Shown here: in pieces, positions 17,779 to 21,707 of the stretch
Layout: each line of letters begins with the position of its first letter
Position numbering within the stretch: position 1 is the stretch's first letter
From: Thermotogota bacterium
GTDB taxonomy: Bacteria > Bipolaricaulota > Bipolaricaulia > UBA7950 > UBA9294
Length of the DNA stretch: 21,707 nucleotides
Assembly (NCBI GenBank): GCA_039679545.1
Contig: JBDKUT010000092.1
Coordinates: 1 to 21,707, forward strand
Reading direction: 5' to 3'
The notes under the pieces: generated by a model
What the model was told of the DNA's origin: nothing
Database searches by the model: none
Seen by the model: the letters and a program-made list of their open reading frames with translations, nothing else
Position numbers and translations under genes: made by a program

Positions 17779-18951
17779 TCAGATCACGAAGTGGAAGCCG
17801 AACGTCACCAGTTCAATTCCCGTGAAGTCGAACTCGGTGTGCGTGAACAGGACGACGCCCGAGAAGCTGACCTCCGCGCAGACACGCTGCTCCGCGAACC
17901 CACCGGCGTCGAACGCGGTCAGGCTCGCGAATGTGACCGGCCCGATCGCCGCCTCGATGCCGATCAGCTCCTGACTGAACAGGAATGCGTCATCAAAATC
18001 CGTCGCACTGCTCACCACCACGCCACACACCGCAAACGACACGCCGAAGCGCTGTCCGTCGAAGGCGATCGGGATCACCGTCGGCACGACGGAGGCGGCG
18101 AACATCGTCTGCGACGTGAAGCGTACGGTCTCGATCTCGAGGTCGAGGATGAACCCCGCCGCGACAATGCCGAACGAGCCGTCAAGGGTCATCGTCGTCA
18201 GGAAGCGAAGGGACGGATCGTCAAACCGATACCCGAGTTCGAACAGCATCGTGGCAAGTCCGTAGGCGTCGAACCACGTCGTGCTGCTCGCCATCATCCC
18301 CAGGTAGTCCACTTCGAGCCGAACCAGCTCCTCCTCGAAGTAGAAGCCGTCAACGATCGTCACGTCGAGGTCCACGTCCTCCTCGCACAGGGTGTCGACG
18401 TGTTCCAACACGCAGAGCAGTTGGTGCGAGAACGGAGCCTCGATCCCGTCGAGCAGGTTCACAAGGTCCGTGGCGCCGAACCCCGTTAGACTCGCAATCG
18501 AGAACCCGCAGGCAATGCTGCTCGCCAGCCTGAAGACGGTTCCCATGCTGTAGGAGGGGGTCTGAGGGCCGCCAATGTCGGCGAAGATCCAATCCATTCC
18601 GATCTCGATTCCCACGATCGAAAGGTTGAACGACAGGTCGTTCCAGGCGAAGTACGGCTCGAAGCGAATCTCTTCCGCGATTCGCACGGCGCCGAGATCG
18701 ACCCCGATCGTCATGCACTCCGAAGAAAATCCCGCCAGGTTGAACTCAGTCTCCGACACCAGGCTCACTCCGCTGACGGCGAACCCGAGCGTGAGATCCG
18801 AGGTGATGTCGTAGGACGCCGGAGGCACCGGAGCGTACGTGACCTCCAGCCCGATGTCGGCCGAGAAGCCGAGGTCCCCCGCCGCCGCAACCCCGCTCGC
18901 GGCGACGAGCAGGGCAATCAGTGCCGCCCACTGCGCGCACATCCGATGCAT
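17779..18951 (-). CDS. Secreted probable outer-membrane beta-barrel protein of unknown function
   Basis: Signal peptide (MHRMCAQWAALIALLVAASGVAAA), amphipathic alternating strands in ~27-aa hairpin repeats, and an aromatic-rich C-terminus TFGFHFVI. ATG at 18951 follows GGAGGAGGA. Confidence 0.6.
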   Translation of the reverse strand: MHRMCAQWAALIALLVAASGVAAAGDLGFSADIGLEVTYAPVPPASYDITSDLTLGFAVSGVSLVSETEFNLAGFSSECMTIGVDLGAVRIAEEIRFEPYFAWNDLSFNLSIVGIEIGMDWIFADIGGPQTPSYSMGTVFRLASSIACGFSIASLTGFGATDLVNLLDGIEAPFSHQLLCVLEHVDTLCEEDVDLDVTIVDGFYFEEELVRLEVDYLGMMASSTTWFDAYGLATMLFELGYRFDDPSLRFLTTMTLDGSFGIVAAGFILDLEIETVRFTSQTMFAASVVPTVIPIAFDGQRFGVSFAVCGVVVSSATDFDDAFLFSQELIGIEAAIGPVTFASLTAFDAGGFAEQRVCAEVSFSGVVLFTHTEFDFTGIELVTFGFHFVI

Positions 18952-19123
18952 GTGTCCTCCTCCCAAGACGGACGGTCCTGGCTCGCTCCCCAAGCGTAGG
19001 AACCGGAAGGGAGGCTCGGGCGGAAATGCGACAGAGACGGGACGTGGATTCGTCACCGCCTGGGAGGACACCTGTACCGTGCGTCCCGCGGCGGAAAGCG
19101 ACGCGCGCTCGAGCGGTGCTGCG

Positions 19124-20428
19124 CTACGACTTGCGGATCTCCATCCTCGAGAGCACGAGACCCGTCAGAAGCTTCGGGTAGAAGTCGGTGGATTTTTGCG
19201 GCATCTTCTCGCCGTGGTCGGCCACGCGGACGACCTCGTCGGCCGAGGTCGCATTGAGGACGAAGAACATCTGCTCCGCCCTCGATTCCACACCCTTCTT
19301 CCCTTTCTCCAGTGTTACCGAGTAGTTGATGTTCGTCTGCTCCTCGAGCGCCTTCGCGTCAATGCCCAGGAGCGGCTCGAGGATCGCCGCATGAAGGATC
19401 GAGGCGTCAAGCCTGCGGTAGTCGTTCGACCAGGAGCCTCCAATCAGATCGTCCATCACGTGCTCGTCGCGCAGCCGGAGGGTGGCCGCCGTGTCCCACG
19501 CGTAGAAACCGAAGGTGTGCTTCCCCTTCCCTGCGCTCACAGCCTTCTCCATGTCCTCAAAGCTTGCGTGATGCGTCACCTCGAAGCGCTCGCTTGCCTT
19601 CGTTAGGAACGCCTGCGGCTCGAACCCGGGAACTCCGTGCACCATGCGATGGATTGGACGGATCGACATCCCCGGCTCGGCCACGTTGAACAACGTCATC
19701 AATCGGGCGTCGAACGACTCCGCCGCTGCGGGGGTCCATCCCCGCTCGCGGCACTCGCGCATGTAGTTCACGGAGGTCTCATACCGGTGGTGACCATCGG
19801 CGATGTAGAGGTCCTTGTCCCGAAGCGCTGTCTGGATCACAGCAATTGTCTTCGGGTCCGAGACACACCACACGCGGTGCTGGTTCCGATCCGCATCCTC
19901 CGCGACCATGTCCGGCCTCCGATCGGCGATCGCCGCGGCCAGCGCGCGGTCCGCGACCCGCTTGGCGTCGTTGTAGAGCATGAACACGTGCTCGAAGTTC
20001 GCCTCCGAGGCGCGCATGAGCTTCAGCCGATCTTCCTTCGGCCCCTTCAGGGTCTTCTCGTGGGCGTGAACCTTCTCCGGCTCAAGCTTCGCGAGGGCCA
20101 TCACGCCCTTCCGAACCAGCCCCTCGCCGCCGAAGGTGTACTCCTGATGATAGACGTACAAAGATGGCGCGGCGTCGCGGACGAGGATGCCCGAGGCGAG
20201 CCACTCCTGGAACGTGCGAGCCGCCCGCGTGTAGACGTTGTTCCACTCGTCGTCGTTCGGTTCCGCTCGCCCTTTGATGATTCGAACCATATTGAAGGGG
20301 CTTCGCGCGTACAGCGCCGTCTGAACATCCTCCGGCACGCGGTCGTACGGCGGCGTAACGACGTCGGTCAGGGAGCTGATCTTCTTCGCGTCGTAGTGAA
20401 CGCCACGGAATGCGTTGATCTCGGCCAT
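19124..20428 (-). CDS. DUF1015 family protein
   Basis: MAEINAFRG, VVTPPYD, HEKTL..PKEDRLKL, YIADGHHRYET and MPQKSTDFYPKLLTGL are the family motifs, and the gene has its usual position after serA. Confidence 0.92.
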   Translation of the reverse strand: MAEINAFRGVHYDAKKISSLTDVVTPPYDRVPEDVQTALYARSPFNMVRIIKGRAEPNDDEWNNVYTRAARTFQEWLASGILVRDAAPSLYVYHQEYTFGGEGLVRKGVMALAKLEPEKVHAHEKTLKGPKEDRLKLMRASEANFEHVFMLYNDAKRVADRALAAAIADRRPDMVAEDADRNQHRVWCVSDPKTIAVIQTALRDKDLYIADGHHRYETSVNYMRECRERGWTPAAAESFDARLMTLFNVAEPGMSIRPIHRMVHGVPGFEPQAFLTKASERFEVTHHASFEDMEKAVSAGKGKHTFGFYAWDTAATLRLRDEHVMDDLIGGSWSNDYRRLDASILHAAILEPLLGIDAKALEEQTNINYSVTLEKGKKGVESRAEQMFFVLNATSADEVVRVADHGEKMPQKSTDFYPKLLTGLVLSRMEIRKS

Positions 20429-20437
20429 CGCTTCTCC

Positions 20438-21358
20438 TTAGCGGGTTCGAGCGAACTCGATCACGATCCTCGCCGCTTCGTCGCCGACCCGTGCCTGGGC
20501 TTCTTCCGTGGCGGCTCCGATGTGCGGGGTCAGCGAGACATTGTCCAGCGCAAACAACGGGTGATCGGCCGCGGGCGGCTCGGTGGCAAAGACATCGAGC
20601 GCCACCCCGGCGACCTTTCCCGCCCGCAGCGCCTCGACGAGGGCCGCTTCGTCCACCACGCCGCCGCGGGCGCAGTTGACGATCCGGACGCCGTTCTTCA
20701 TCTTCTGAATCTCCTTCGCGCCGATCACCGCACCTACGCTCGGGTCAAACGGAATGTGGAGGGAGATGAAGTCGGAGGCCGCGAAAAGCTCGTCCAACGA
20801 CACCATACGCGCAACCTTCGGAATGGGGTTCGCCTTGAGGTACGCGTCGTAGCAGACGACCGTCATGCCGAGGGCGTGCGCCTTCGCTGCAAGGAGCTGG
20901 CCGATCCGGCCAATGCCGATGACGCCGAGGGTCTTCCCCTCAATCTCGATCCCCGAGAGCTGCTTCTTCTCCCACTTCCCGTTCTTCATCGACGCAGTCG
21001 CCCGCCCGATGTGGCGCGCCAAAGACAGGATGTGGCCGAGCGCAAGCTCTGCGACGGAGCTCGAGCTGGCCGCGGGTGTGTTCCGAACGGCGATGCCCTT
21101 CTTCGCCGCGTACTCCGCGTCGACGTTGTCCAGCCCGACGCCGGCGCGCACGATCAGCTTCAGGTTCTTTGCGGCGTCAATAATCGGTGCCCGCACCTTG
21201 GTCGCGCTCCGCACGACGATCGCATCGTAGCCCGCAATCTCGGCCTTCAACTGATCGGGAGACAGATCGGTCTTCTCATCGACCGTGAGTCCGGCGCCGC
21301 GCATCGCCGCCACGGCCGACGCGTCCAACGGATCGGAAGCCAACACTCGGAACCCCAT
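20438..21358 (-). CDS. serA: D-3-phosphoglycerate dehydrogenase-like D-2-hydroxyacid dehydrogenase (short form, no ACT domain)
   Basis: VRSATKV, RAGVGLDNVD, GKTLGVIGIGRIG (NAD-binding), NCARGG, DVFATEP, TPHIGAATEEAQ. ATG at 21358 follows GGGAGG. Operon context fits. Confidence 0.85.
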   Translation of the reverse strand: MGFRVLASDPLDASAVAAMRGAGLTVDEKTDLSPDQLKAEIAGYDAIVVRSATKVRAPIIDAAKNLKLIVRAGVGLDNVDAEYAAKKGIAVRNTPAASSSSVAELALGHILSLARHIGRATASMKNGKWEKKQLSGIEIEGKTLGVIGIGRIGQLLAAKAHALGMTVVCYDAYLKANPIPKVARMVSLDELFAASDFISLHIPFDPSVGAVIGAKEIQKMKNGVRIVNCARGGVVDEAALVEALRAGKVAGVALDVFATEPPAADHPLFALDNVSLTPHIGAATEEAQARVGDEAARIVIEFARTR

Positions 21359-21373
21359 GCGCACCTCCCGCTC

Positions 21374-21707
21374 CTAGAACCCGAGGATGTCGTCGAGCGC
21401 CCGGAGGAGCCCCTGGATTTCGTCAACCTGGAGATCGCCCATGTGAGCAATGCGGAACGTCTTCCCTTTGAGGTCGCCGTAGCCGTTCTCGATCCGTGCG
21501 TTGTACACACTCGCCAACGTCTTGACCATCGCCGACGCATCGATGTTCTGGGTGTTCTTGACGCAGGTCAGTGTCTGTGACCAGTACCCCTCTTCCGGAT
21601 AGACATCGAAGTGCTTCTTCGCCCACGCCTGGACGATGCCCGCCATCCTCGAATGACGCTCAAAGCGCTTCTCCATCCCTTCGGCAAGCATGTCGGTGAG
21701 TTGGGCA
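21374..21707 (-). CDS. Class V PLP aminotransferase (alanine-glyoxylate/serine-pyruvate/phosphoserine aminotransferase-like), C-terminal part
   Basis: EGMEKRFERH, SQTLTCV and NGYGDLKGKTFRIAHMG match the class V C-terminal motif. The 5' end lies outside the window, and the gene is upstream of serA. Confidence 0.85.
   Translation of the reverse strand, partial: AQLTDMLAEGMEKRFERHSRMAGIVQAWAKKHFDVYPEEGYWSQTLTCVKNTQNIDASAMVKTLASVYNARIENGYGDLKGKTFRIAHMGDLQVDEIQGLLRALDDILGF

Noticed and set aside
18952..19123. Possible c-di-GMP-I riboswitch (GGGACGCA on the minus strand) upstream of the barrel gene
   Set aside because: The upstream GGCAAAC/GAAA tetraloop elements and the following AAAGC are missing, so the match is too short.
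19637..21580. 647-aa plus-strand ORF
   Set aside because: It is antisense to three well-supported genes. Its Arg/His/Val-rich, motif-free sequence is typical of shadow ORFs in high-GC DNA.

Overview
High-GC bacterial window that appears to come from a diderm organism. It carries a TolC-like protein and a beta-barrel-like protein, and the protein style resembles Ca. Bipolaricaulota/Acetothermia, which is only an inference. Sixteen CDS are supported. Left to right: a partial BadF/BadG-type sugar kinase missing from the ORF track; a signal-less papain-family (C1A) protease; a secreted 3xPPC + 7xLVIVD protein; a 1660-aa all-parallel-beta-helix secreted protein; a divergent TolC-MacA-MacB-type ABC exporter operon; a five-gene minus-strand cluster; and the 3' end of an aminotransferase-serA-DUF1015 operon. 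The five-gene cluster is the best candidate for an undescribed system. It encodes a lysine-free beta-barrel of about 22 strands, a SigB/F-like sigma factor lacking its region-4.2 HTH, a two-domain pilin/WxL-like secreted protein, a PapD/DUF916-like chaperone with an inserted domain, and a permuted trypsin-like protease. It looks like a chaperone-pilin surface-assembly locus without a canonical usher. The giant beta-helix also shows a clear 2-coil/4-coil higher-order periodicity with His-Pro every ~89 aa. No rRNA, tRNA, CRISPR array or mobile element was seen.
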